Part shown: positions 38,601-50,764 of the stretch, in pieces
Layout: the number at the start of each line of letters is the position of its first letter
How positions within the stretch are numbered: position 1 is the stretch's first letter
Origin: Malacoraja senta
Taxonomy: Eukaryota
Assembly (NCBI GenBank): GCA_038087875.1
Contig: CM075995.1
Location: forward strand, 2,792,001-2,856,000
Length of the DNA stretch: 64,000 nt
Direction: 5' to 3'
Made by a program: the position numbers and the translations under genes
Notes under the pieces: model-generated
What the model saw: the letters and a program-made list of their open reading frames with translations, nothing else
What the model was told of the DNA's origin: nothing
Database searches by the model: none

Positions 38601-40376
38601 CATCGGAGACAGTAGCGATTGATGTTTTCTCGCTACATTAGGGTGGTATGTTTTTATATGCATTTTCCATCATTCTGTCTCATAAACCGGTGTCTGCTTA
38701 AAATGAAGCAGGATGCTGCCTCTGGGGTACTGGTGGTACCAGACTGGTCTACGCAGCCATGGTTCCCTTTGATATTGGAATTAATGACACAGTTTCTGAT
38801 AAAGGTTCCCAAAAGAAGGGAGTTACTGGTGTATCCGATAATTGGAGAGTAACATCCGTTATATGCCTGTTTGGATCTGTTAATTTGCAGGTTTTAAAAA
38901 GAGGATTGACTGGGCATACTGTGGACATGCTTACAGCAGTCTGGCGGACGAGCACTCAAAAGCAGTACATTTGCGAATCTGAGGTTGTGACTGTAAATGC
39001 TGCTTTCCCATTATGTAAAGAATGGGGAAAAATTTTCTGTGTACAAAAGAATATGGAATGTTGTATGGCACATGTCTCAAATGTCTTGGGTTTTCTCAAC
39101 ACTCTATTTGAGGGGTTGAGTTATAGTGCGATTTATTCTACATTATCCTCGTTTTTTATTGATGAGGTCGGAAAGACATCCTGTTGAGTCTCGTTCTTTC
39201 ATTTCCAGATTAATGAAAGGAATTTTAATTCCAGACCTTCTAAACCTAGATATGGGAATCTGGAATATAGAGTTGTTTTAAGCTACTTCATCAATGGACT
39301 CTTGGTACGATTCTGATTTTGGCCAAGTTCAGCATGAAGGTAGTCATGCTTATGGCACTTGTAACAAGCACAGAGAGTGCAGACATTACAAAAGTTACAG
39401 ATACACAGGATGGAAGTACCTCAGGATAATGTTATATTTTACATTTATGACCTACTCAAATGAAGTAGGGTCAGGTGTGACAGGATTCAAGAGTGTTTTA
39501 TTAACATATTCCATGGATCCATGTCTATGTGTTAAGACATATTTGTTGCAATACATTGAGGCTACAAAGATCTTATGAAATATGAAAACAAGATTGTTTA
39601 TCATTCACGAAAAAACATACAAGATAGCGTCAGTTCAGACTATTTTAAGATGGTTAAACAAGTTTTGGTTGCTGCAGGTGTGAACATTGATGTTTTTACA
39701 TCCCATTCGATTTAGCAGCAACATTGGCGACCAGGTCGAAGGACGTCCCGTCGACCATATTTTCGCAGCCGCCGGGTGATCTAATACGTTGGTGTTTCAA
39801 CACTTTTACCATCGGCATATTGCCAATACGGGGTTGTTTGCAGATACTATATTAAGTTATGCTTAAATTTCCCTGGATTAAAGCGGATACTGTTAATTCT
39901 TTTATTCAAATAAATGAATTACTGCATTTGTCATGCAAATGTCATTATTAATGCATTATTGATTATTTCTCGTTCCGAGTCAATCAATGCAGTGAGAAGC
40001 CGGGATTTGTATCTACGGCATGAAATCACAAAGCTTTAAAATCTTCACGTAGTCACTCACGTGACTCCGAAGTAAAATAGTAAGATTAAACGAGAACTTA
40101 CCAGTTTGAAGTTTGATCTTTATTTTATGAGGAGTTGGTGATTACGTGCCCACCACGGCCCAACCCTCTATCATAAAGGTCAGATGGAAGTTCTTAATTT
40201 ACTCGTTTTATTATGTTACTATATTACTTCGCTTGTTGTTTGTGATTTCACACCGCTGCTTTGAAGATTGACACGCAGGCGCCCTGATGGGTCTTCTTCA
40301 CGTAATCACCAATGTAACTCCTCATAAAATAAAGATCAAACTTCAAACTGGTAAGTTCTCTTTAATCTTACTATTT
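35618..40376 (+). mobile_element. Second DIRS1-like retrotransposon with complete termini and heavily decayed ORFs
   Basis: 5' end attttacttcggagtcacgtg; ICR 40042-40148; 3' ITR and extension about 40268-40376; remnants INNTTAMACINCMGG, IYLPGRFNIVADT (RNase H), FPSFCLI..VPDWSTQPWFP (MT); YR remnants about 38900-39865. Confidence 0.92.
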
Positions 40377-40724
40377 CTCTAACTTCAAGTAACCACGGCA
40401 TTCCCTCCCTCTCCATTCCTCCCCAACCCAACGTGCACCATCTTCTCGTTTTCACCCAACAAACAGCTAACAATGACCTTTTTCCTTTATCATCGTTACT
40501 TTTTTGCATGACTTCCATTCATTGTTCTTTATCTCTCTACATCATCGTCTATATTTCACGTTTCACAGATGCTGCCTGTCCGGCTGAGTTATGCCAGCGT
40601 TTTGTGTCTGTCTTTGGCTATCTTACGTTAGAATCAAGGAGTCATTGATTCATATAATATGGAAACAGACCCTTCAGTTAACTTCATCAATGCCAACCAA
40701 GATGCCCCATCTAAGCTTAGTTTA

Positions 40725-41495
40725 CAATACAATACGGTTTTATTCGTCACATTGCACATAAAGTGGAAGTGAAATGAATTTGCCAGCAGCGGTACAATGA
40801 TAAAGATCACATAATACACAATAAAAATTTAACACAAACATCCACCACAGCATTCATCACTGTGGTGGAAGGCACAACATTTAGCCAGTCCTCCTCCATT
40901 TCCCCCCGTGGTCGGGACCTCAAGCCACCACAGCCATCGCTGCGGGCGTCCAGATGAGTGAAAGTCCAGGTAAGTCCTGAAAAAGGGTGCCTCCCCCACC
41001 GGAGACCGCGGCTTCAGGTTGGTGTAGGCCGCAGGCCGGCGGTCGAAGATTTAAAGTCCCCGCCGCAGCCAGAAGCACCGCAGACTGCAGGGCCGGCGGT
41101 CGAAGCTCCCCTCCAGGGGTGATGGTAAGTCCACGCCGCGCCCGCGGTAGAAGTAGGCCGCGGGCCGGCAGTGGTGGCTTCTTCTTCCCCCGGGTCCCCC
41201 ACGAGGGATTCCCAGGCTGCGGACGCCGCGCCAGCTGGAACTTCAGGTTGCCGCGGGCCAGCGAAACGGAGCGCTCCCCTCCGGCGAGCCCCAGCGAGGG
41301 CTCGCCCGCTCAACGGCGAGAGTCCACGCTGCGCCCGCCGCTGAAGCCCCGGGAGCATCTCCGGGAAAGGCCGCACCGATCCTTGCTGTTAGGCCACGGG
41401 GGAGGCGACATGAAAAAGTCACCTCTCCGTGGAGGAGGCGACCGAAACGGTTTCCCCCTCACCCCCCCACACCACCCCCCACACAAGACACACAA
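40725..41495 (-). mobile_element. GC-rich non-autonomous retroelement (family of 5540-6040)
   Basis: Shared 3' block and (attgt)n-type tail; CpG-rich body. Confidence 0.55.
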
Positions 41496-41760
41496 CGAAA
41501 CAGGCCCTTCAGCTCACCGAGTTCGCATCGCCAGCAATCCCCACACATTAACATTACCCCTACACACACTTGGGACAATTTGTTCAATATTTTCACCAAG
41601 CCAATCAACCTACAAACCTGTATGTCTTTGGAGTGTGGGGGGGAAACTGAAGATCCCGGAGAAAACCCACGCTGGTCATGGGAGAACAGACAGCACCCGT
41701 AGTCAGGATCGAACCCGGGTCTCTGGCGCAACTCTACTGCAGCGCCACCATGCCGCCCAT
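41495..41760 (-). mobile_element. tRNA-derived SINE
   Basis: Reverse-complement A/B boxes. Confidence 0.8.
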
Positions 41761-41918
41761 GGCCCGCATCACTCTAAACATCTTGGGCCAAGGAGATATG
41801 CAATATTTTTGCTCGCTTTAATGCCTGATTTCCTAGCGACACAGGATCGCTGAAGTAGGCGTCAGCCTGGCCCAATGTGAACCCGTCGGCTCACGATTGC
41901 ATCACGATTATACAGGCC

Positions 41919-42265
41919 ATGTGTAGGAAGGAACTGCAGATGCTGGTTTAAACCGAAGATAGACACAAAAAGCTGGAGTAACTCAGCGGGACAGACAGCA
42001 ACTCTGGAGAGAAGGAATGGTTGACGTTTCGGGTCGAGACCCTTCTTCAGACTAGTCAGGGGAAAGGGAAACGAGAGATATAGACGATGATGTAGAGAGC
42101 TAAAGAACAACGAATGAATGATATGAAAAAAAAACGTAACGATGACAAAGGAAACAGGCCATTGTTAGCTGTTTGTTGGGTGTGGGAGGGATAGAGAGAG
42201 AGGGAATGCCGGAGTTACTTGAAGTTAGAGAAATCAATATTCAAAGCTCTGGGCTGGAAGCTGCT
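41919..42265 (-). mobile_element. Penelope-like 3'/pLTR fragment
   Basis: Continuous with the GIY-YIG end sequence (gatttctctaacttcaagtaa). Confidence 0.75.
42019..42056 (-). ncRNA. Minimal type-I hammerhead ribozyme core (Penelope pLTR)
   Basis: Reverse complement reads CUGAAGA-A-GGG(ucucga)CCC-GAAA-C-GUC: both catalytic boxes, stem II, GUC triplet, palindromic ACGU stem III. Confidence 0.65.
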
Positions 42266-42454
42266 TAAGTTCTCAACTTTGGGCCATAAACAGATGAAAA
42301 CAACATGGTGGTGGGCAACCAAACCCATTCCCATCTCTTCACTAAACTTTCCACAAAATGCTGGAATAACTCAATGGGTCAGGCAGCATCCCTGGAGGAG
42401 AACATGAATAGTTGACATTTCAGATCGGGCCCCTTCTTCAGACACTCTCTCACT

Positions 42455-43165
42455 GTTCAGTTTAGTTTATTGTCACATGCACTGAGGTACAGCGAAAAGC
42501 CGTTGATGCGTGCCAACCAGTTAGTGGAAAGACAATGCACGATTACAATCGGGCCGTTTACCGTGTGGAGATACATGATAAGGAAATAACGTTTAGTGCA
42601 AGGTAAAGCCAGCAAAGTCCGATCAAGGATAGTCTGAGGATCATCAAAGAGGTAGATAGTAGTTCAAGGTTGCTCTCTGGTTGTGGTAGGGTGATTCAGT
42701 TGCCTGATAACAGCTGGGAAGAAACTGTCATATGCTGAGAGAATGGAGTGGTTGGGCTTGTACACTCTGGAGTTTAGAAGGATGAGAGGGTATCTTATTG
42801 AAAAATAAAAGGTTGTTAAGGATTTGGACACACTAGAGGCAGGAAACATGTTCCCGATGTTGGGGGAGTCCAGAACCAGGGGCCACAGTTTAAGAATAAG
42901 GGGTAAGCCATTTAGAACCAAGACGAGGAAACACTTTTTCTCACAGGGAGTTGTGAGCTGGTGGAATTCTCTGCCTCAGAGGGCGGTGGAGGCCGGTTCT
43001 CTGAATACTTTCAAGAGAGAGCTAGATAGGGCTCTTAAAGATAGCGGAGTCAGGGGAGAATGCAGGAACGGGGTACTGATTGGGAATGATCAGCCATGAT
43101 CACATTGAATGGCGGTGCTGGCTCGAAGGGCCGAATGGCCTACTCCTGCACCTATTGTCTGTTGT
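42455..43165. mobile_element. Rex1-type 3' end (-) fused to a CR1 3' fragment (+)
   Basis: Homology to other copies; MFPMLGESRTRGHSLRIRG. Confidence 0.8.
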
Positions 43166-43284
43166 TTATTGTCCCTGAATCTAGAGGTCTGCTCCTTCTC
43201 TGTGGTTCATTCTGCCCTCCTCGGTCGTCCTCACTAACATTTGTGCTTTCTTCTCTTCCTCCTGACTCAACTAGAACAGAAGAG

Positions 43285-43575
43285 GCTGATGCTGGAAACC
43301 ACCAAGAGTTTTACCGAAGGATGGACACGAAAAGCTGGAGTAACTCAGTGGGACAGGCAGCATCTCTGGAGAGAAGGAATGGGTGATGTTAAGCGATGGA
43401 ACCCATCTTCAGACCCAGAAACGAGAGATGTAGGCGGCGATATACTCCGAAGAAAGGTCTGGACCCGAAACGTCACACATTCCTTCTCTCCAGAGACGTT
43501 GCATGTCCCGCTGAGTTACTCCAGCTTTTTGCGTTTTATCTTCGGTTCAAACCAGCTTCTGCAGTTCCTTCCGAC
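43285..43575. repeat. Palindromic Penelope-derived repeat
   Basis: aaaagctggagtaactcag...gagagaaggaatg is inverted as cattccttctctccagag...ctgagttactccagctttt. Confidence 0.75.
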
Positions 43576-45584
43576 ACCAAGAATTACATCTGCATTGTGT
43601 TCCAGGAATCTGTTGGAGCCCCACAGTGAAAGTGGGAAGATGGAGGGGGATCGGATCACGAGCTATTGTACTCATTTGTTTTCCATTATTCTTTATACAA
43701 AAGCATCAATTACATGCGCTCCTGAAAGGGCATGTCTCGGAAGGTGGATGTCAAGGGGAGTAGGGTGATGGATAGTACTTCTGCTGCTCCTGTGTGGTCC
43801 TGTGGGAGTCCTGCTTCCGCACACTGTGAAACTGATGTGTGGCAGTGATACCAAACCTCTCGTTGCCCAGGCTAAATATTAAAAGACTTTTTTAATTTAC
43901 CTCCGCAATTGTGCGAGTATTGAACAAGACCCAGAGCGTGGAGTAATTTTTCCAGGAGTCTTCATGGAGGTCTGCATGTCTGATATATAATTATTCCCAC
44001 TCATGGGCCTGGCCACATCCCGGTCGGAGCTAGCAGTCACAATCTGATCAGGGAGACCTCCCTGAATAATTTTTTTTTGCTTGTCCATATTCTATTGTTT
44101 AAATTGGACGAGTAGAAACCTTTCCACCTTCCAACCCAGCAGCAGCATTTCTGTTCTACTTTCAAAACAGTCAAATGCCTTGGAAAACTGATTGATTCAC
44201 ATTTGACCAAGCTTACAGAGCAGCCATTAGAACCAGGGGGCAATAGCCAGGCATAAATATGGTCACCTGAACGTCACCCATTCCTTCTCTCCGGAAATGC
44301 TGCCTGACCCAGCTGAGTTGCTCCAGCTTTTTGTGTTTTTAAACCTGCATCTGCAGTTCCTTCCCTACACATTTTGTCTGCTCCACTGCGAAATCTCCTC
44401 AAGGTATGCCAGCTTTGAAGTTCTCCTCCTCTCTCCTGGTGAGAGTTCCTCTCTCGCTGCACCCCATCTGTGATTCCTCCTGCTCTCCAGCTATCACCTA
44501 TCCCACAGCCAACAATGGACCATTGTGGGCTCCACCAATCCTTGGTTATTGTTGTATTGGGCCATTCAATGGAAAGTGAACCAACATGTCACACACGTGA
44601 CCAGATGGCATCACATAAAAAAAGTTATTGTAAGAGATTAATCTTATTCATTGCAATTTTCCGACCCACAGGACTATAATGCATGCCTGTCAAAGATATG
44701 CACATTCTAGCTTTTAAAAATTCACAGAGTTTATAAGATAAAACTGAGTTATGAAAAAAATGCCTCCGTGTGAGTGCCACACACCTGGCCAGTCATATTT
44801 GACCTCTGACCCTAAACAAACATTGTCAGCATAACAGAATTCTTTCACTTGATAAAATTCGAACAAAATATGAAACATATATACAGTACAAAACAATATA
44901 CCTGTAATGCTTTCAGAATTAGAAGAGATGTATTCCACAATTGCTCATATTTTTGGCCACACACGTGACCAAGTATGGGGCCTATTTTGCATATCTTCCA
45001 TTCATTTGTCCTAAGTACCATCTGTATTTCTTATTCCCCATTCCCCTGTCTCTTTGTCTGAAGAAGGGTCCTGACCCGAAACGTACCCTATTTCTCTGCA
45101 CAGACAGCACCCTTAGTCAGGATCAAACCCAGGTCTCTGGCGCTGTAAGGCAGCAACTCTACCGCTGCGCCACCCTGCCGCCCGCGCCGAAGATAGACAC
45201 AAAATGTTGGAGTAACTCGGCGGGTCAGGCAGCTTCTCTGGAGAAAAGGAATAGGCGACGTTTCGGGTCGAGACCCTTCATGAGACCCATCAGACTCACC
45301 CGAAACCCAAACCTATTCCTTCTCTCCAGAGATGCTGCCTGAGCAGCTGAGTTACTCCAGCATTTTGTATCTCTGCCTCTTTCTGATCTGTACCCTTCCA
45401 ACCACACTCAATCATGTGGTTGTTGACTATCTGACAATTAATGATCCTCCAACGATCACCAACTCACCATTCTGACTATAAATTTGTCCAGTCACCTATT
45501 TCCTCCTGACCAGCGATATCTTTCTCTTGGACTGTTGAGTTCATCCTTCGTATAAAATAATAAAATAAACGTATACGATTACCT

Positions 45585-46008
45585 GACCTGGGCTTGTATT
45601 CACTGGAATTTAAAAGGGTGAGAGGGGATCTTATAAAGTTATAAAAGGACTGGACAAGCTGGATGCAGGAAAAATGTTCCCAATGATGGGGGAGTCCAGA
45701 ACCAGGGGCCACAGTCTAAGAATAAAGAGGAGGCCATTTAAAACTGAGATGAGAAAAAAACGTTTTCACCCAGAGAGTTGTGAATTTGTGGAATTCTCTG
45801 CCACAGTAGGCAGAAGAGGCCAATTCAATGGATGAATTTAAAAGAGAGTGAGATAGAGCTCTAGGGGCGAGCGGAATCAAGGGATACGGAGAGAAAGCAG
45901 GCACGGATTACTGATTGTGGATGATCAGCCATGATCACAATGAATGGTGGTACAGGCGTGAAGGGCCAAATGGCCTCCTCCTGCACCTATTTTCTATGTT
46001 TCTATGTT
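45585..46008 (+). mobile_element. CR1 3' fragment
   Basis: Same subfamily as 23267-23603. Confidence 0.85.
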
Positions 46009-47759
46009 TTCCCACCAACCACAAATTCTCCATTTGACTAGGTATACCCAATCCTGACAACTAATCCCCTTTCCCCCAGTTACCAACCCGGTTCTCATGT
46101 CTAATGATCCCCATCCAGGCCATCGATTCCTGCACACTTTCATAACCACTGACCCATCCCTGAATGATTGGTCCTACTTCCCCCTGCAACGAGTGAATCT
46201 ATCTTTGACCAATATCCAGAAGCTGACCATTGTATCAACTTCCCAGCCATTGTCCCAACCACCCACCCAAGCTTCACCACCTTTGTCAACAACCCACCTG
46301 ACCCTTTCAATAACCTCTCTGCCTAGCAATTGCCCCAATTTTTTCCTGATTCTCGATCCTCCCCCCATTTCCAGGCTGGAGACCCTGTGCCTGACCCCAG
46401 CCTTCGACTGATCTGATTTCCTCAGTGATAGGAGCAGAATTAGGCTATTCGGCCCATTAAGTCTACTCCGCCATTCAATCATGGCTCATCTATCTCTCCC
46501 TCCTAACGCTATTCTCTTGCCTTTTCGTCATAACCTCTGACACACATACTAATCAAAAATTTAACTATCTATGCCTTAAAAATATCCATTGACTAGGCCT
46601 CCACAGCCTTCTGTGGCAAAGAATTCTAAGGCTATGACCTAGACTCTCCCACTGGCGGAAACATCCTCTCCACATGACATCCACTCTATCCAAGCCTTTC
46701 ACTATTCTGTACAAATTCTGTACAGACAGCACCCGTAGCCAGGATCTGTAAGGCAGCAAATCTATCGCTGCGCCACCGTGCTGCGCCACCGTGCCGCCCT
46801 AACGGAAGGATCCTTTGGTCCCTCAGCAGAGGGTTGCGTTCCTCCAGAGGTGGCCAGCCCTCAGCAAGAGTCAGCATCTTCACCCGATGAGAAGGAGAAA
46901 GAAAAGCTGGAGGAGAAAACCAACAAGTGGAAATGCGACCATGAAACCTCTTGGATCTTCCCCATGTATATTTTTACCTAAGGCCATGCAGAATCTTTGC
47001 TAAAGCAATGGATTAAAACAAATATTTGGCAGAGATTGAGTGGATGGATGGCTTTCACCGAGCTGTGCGGGGGCCAAAGTGAGAGAAATTTTGGGATGTG
47101 GAAAGAATCCAAGGGGATTCCCTGGCAAATATCCATTTTACGTTTTGTCTGAAGAAAGCATTCAAATTGATCGGGCTCGACAGACAAAATGTATCATCTG
47201 CTGTAGCTTAAGCAGGCGTTCTGATATTCGTTATTCCCTTATCATGTATCTATCCACTGTAATTGGCTCGATTGTAATCATGTATTGTCTTTCCACTGAC
47301 TGGTTAGCACGCAACATAAGCTTTTCGCTGTGACAATAAACGAAACTAAACTGAAAATGAATTGGCTTTCTGGAGCTGGGAAGGAAAGTAGGTAAAAATA
47401 TCTGAAGTGCAATAATGAGTGCATCCTTATCTTCCTCTTTTACCACATTTCTCATGTATATATTTTCATTTTTATTTTGTTACAAGATAGAGGGAGATTA
47501 GGTCACAAAAGTGCTTGAGTAGCTCAGCAAGTCAGGCAGCATCTCTGGAGAACATGGAGAGGTGACGTTTCATGTCGGAACCCTGCTTCAGATGCTGAAA
47601 TATCCCGACCTGTAACGTCAGCTATCTATGTTCCCCAGAGATGCCGCCTGACCCGCTGAGTTACTCCAGCACTTTGTGTCCTTTTGTTTAAACTATCACC
47701 TGCAGTTCCTTGCTCCTACATAGAGGGATGTTTCTTCAGGACATCCAGTCAAACCCACC

Positions 47760-48095
47760 ATGCTTTCAAGGACGAGTCGCACCCCAGCCATTCCCTCTTC
47801 TCCCCTCCACCCTCAGGCAAGAGATATAGAAGTGTGAAAGCATATACCTCCAGATTCTGAGACACTTCTTTCCCAGCTGATATCAGGCAACTGAACCATC
47901 CTACCAACATCTAGAGAGCAGTCCTGAACTATTATCTACTTCATTCGAGACCCTCGGACTATCGTTGATCAATATATCAATACACTGTGGACAGTTCGAT
48001 TGTAATCATGTATTGTGATTCCACTGACTGGTTAGCATGCAATAAATGCTTTTCACTGTACCTCGGTACACGTGACAATAAACTAAACTCAACTC
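47760..48095 (+). mobile_element. Rex1-type LINE 3' end
   Basis: Homologous to 17704-18027. Confidence 0.7.
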
Positions 48096-48475
48096 AATCA
48101 AACCTATTCCCTGCAACCTCATCCACCCACATCAATTCCTCCCTGATTCTCTGATCACATAACTGCACTGTGTTGGCTATTTCTGTTCCACTGAGAAGGA
48201 TACGGTTCACCTCGTTCTCTTACTTTGGGAAAAGGATTGGTGACGCTACCAGTCACAGCCACTATTGTGCCAGAGTAGGAGCAAGTCTTCAATAAGACAT
48301 TTTTTGGTAGTTTTCCAGTAAACGGATTATATTCAGATACCATTTCATGCCAACATGAGTCTTATTTTGTGCACAATTTTCCCTGCAAGCAATGTCCACA
48401 CAAAGAAACATGTCCTTTCATTGTTTATAAATGCTCTCTCAAAGGTAGTCCGTCAGCCCTTATGGTTTTGGTGTG

Positions 48476-49030
48476 GGCGGCCACGGTGGTGCAGCGGTAG
48501 AGTTGCTGCCTTACAGCGCTTGCAGCGACGGAGACCCGGGTTCGATCCCGACTGCGTGTGCTGCCTGTACGGAGTTTATACGTTGTCCCCGTGACCTGCG
48601 TGGGTTTTCTCCGAGATCTTTTGTTTCCTCCCACACTCCAAAGACGTACAGGTATAAACAATAGACAATAGACAATGGACAATGGACAATAGACAATAGG
48701 TGCAGGAGTAGGCCATTTGGCCCTTCAAGCCACCACCGCCATTCAATGTTCTCATGGCTGATCATCCCCAATCAGTACCCCGTTCCTGCCTTCTCCCCAT
48801 ATCCCCTGACTCCGCTATCTGTAAGAGCCCTATCTAGCTCTCTCTTGAAAGCATCGAGACAACCGGCCTCCACCGCCCTCTGAGGTATGTAGGTTAATTA
48901 GCTTGGTGTATGTGTAAACTGTCTATCGTGTGTTTAGGGTAGTGTGTTTAGGATGTGCGGGGATCGCTGGTCAGTGCGGACTCGGTGGGCTGAAAGGCCT
49001 GTTTCCGCACTGTATCTCTAAATTGAACTA
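48476..49030 (+). mobile_element. tRNA-derived SINE split by a CR1 3' tail (-) flanked by an aggtat duplication
   Basis: A/B boxes; gtacaggtat|...|aggtatgtaggttaatt. Confidence 0.82.
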
Positions 49031-49444
49031 ACGTAAGCAGATTGACTGTTGCCTGGGGCAAGAACAGTGAACCATGTTGCACATAATATAATATTCTGCT
49101 GCTGAGATAGAGAGCTGGCTATTTAACTAGAATTTCTGAACATACGTTGCCTCTGTCCATTGGGGGATAATTGAGATGGGAAAGCTCTTTGGCAATTTCA
49201 GCCTTATTTTACCAACCCGCCGGCAATCACATTCCAGTGGCTTGATTTTCATTTGTAAATCAGAGGCATAGATTTAGGTTTACTGTTGTCACATGTACCG
49301 AGGTACAGCAAAAAACGTTGTTTTGCATGCTATCCAAACTGATCAGATGTGCCATACATAAATGCAATCAGTTCAAACTCAAGTGCTAAAGCTAGAGGAA
49401 GATACAGAGTGCAGAATACAGTCCTCAGCATTGTGGTGCATCAA

Positions 49445-50585
49445 GATAGGCACAAAATGCTGGAGTAACTCAGCGGGTCAGGCAGCATCTGTGGAAAAAA
49501 GGAATAGGGGGCGTTTCAGGTCGAGACCCTTCTTCAGACCGAGTCAGGGGAGAGGGAAACCAGAGGAATGAAAAGGCAAAGAACAAATCAGAGCCAGGAC
49601 TGATGATCAAGAAAATGTGGAGCCCACAATGGTCCATTGTTGGCTGTGGAAGAGGCGATTATGAAAGGATACGAACAGTGAAACTAGCAGGACGAGTAGG
49701 GTGGGGTTGGGATGGAGAGAGTCGGAATGCAAAGGTTACTTTAAAATAGAGAAATCAAAGATCATACTGTTGGGTTGTCAGCTGCCCAAGCGAAATATGA
49801 GATGCTGGTCCTCCAATATGCATGTGGTTTCACTGTGAAAGTGGGCAGTGCATGTTAATTAGACAAAGTCCAAGTGTCAATGAGGTTGATGTGAATCGAA
49901 CAGTACCCTGACATATGGAAAGGCCGTTCAGAAGCTTGCTAACGGTGGGGAAGAAGCTATTCCTGAGTCTTGTAGTGCGTGTGTTCAAACTTCTGTACCT
50001 TCTGTTGGATGGGAGAAGGGGGAGGAAGGAATGACCGGGGTGGGACAAGTGTTTTGATTATGTTGGCTGCTTTTCCGAGGCAGAGTCAAGTGTAGAAGGA
50101 ATCAATGCTGGGAATGTGTAGGAAGGAACTGCAAATCCTGGTTTACACCGAAGATAGACAAAAGTGCTAGAGAAACTCAGCGGGTGCAGCAACATCTATG
50201 GAGCGAAGGAAAAAGGCAACGTTTCTGGCCGAAACCCTTCTTCAGACTGATGGAAGGTGGGGGGGGGGGGGAGAAGAAAGGAAAAAGGAAGAGGAGGAAC
50301 CCGAGGGCTGAGGGAGAGCTGAGAAGGGGAGGAGACAGCAAGGGCTACCGGAAATTGGAGAATTCAATGTTTATGCCGCTAGGGTGCAGACTGCCCAAGT
50401 GGAATATGAGGTGGTGCTCCTCCAATTTCCGGTGGTGCTCACTCTGGCCATGGAGGAGGCCCAGGACAGAGAGGTCGGATTCGGAATGGGAGGGGGAGTT
50501 GAAGTGCTGAGCCACAGGGAGGTCAGGTTGGTTAATGCGGACCGAGCGGAGGTGTTCGTCGAAACGATCGTCAAGCCTACGCTTG
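49445..50585 (-). mobile_element. Two Penelope-like 3' fragments with an intervening Rex1-type piece
   Basis: Reverse strand encodes KLEEHHLIFHLGSLHP (end of the GIY-YIG ORF); pLTR with hammerhead core. Confidence 0.75.
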
Positions 50586-50606
50586 TTGTTTTTACACCAA
50601 AGATAG

Positions 50607-50637
<31 letters not shown>

Positions 50638-50764
50638 TGTCACGTGTATTGAGGTACAGTGAAAAGCTTTTTGTTGCGTGCTAACCAGTGAGCGGAAAGA
50701 CAATACATGATTACAATCGAGCCATTTACAGTGTATACATTGTATGGACACAAAATGCTGGAGT

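Noticed and set aside
40987..41853. 288-aa Pro/Arg-rich ORF
   Set aside because: Runs antisense through a GC-rich repeat and a SINE; no domain signature.
43897..44088. Minus-strand ORF ending near a GAG|gtaaat donor
   Set aside because: No polypyrimidine acceptor; peptide unrecognised.
46778..46981. Charged ORF (SSPDEKEKEKLEEK) as a possible exon
   Set aside because: Starts in a SINE, has no convincing splice sites and is not recognisable as a protein.
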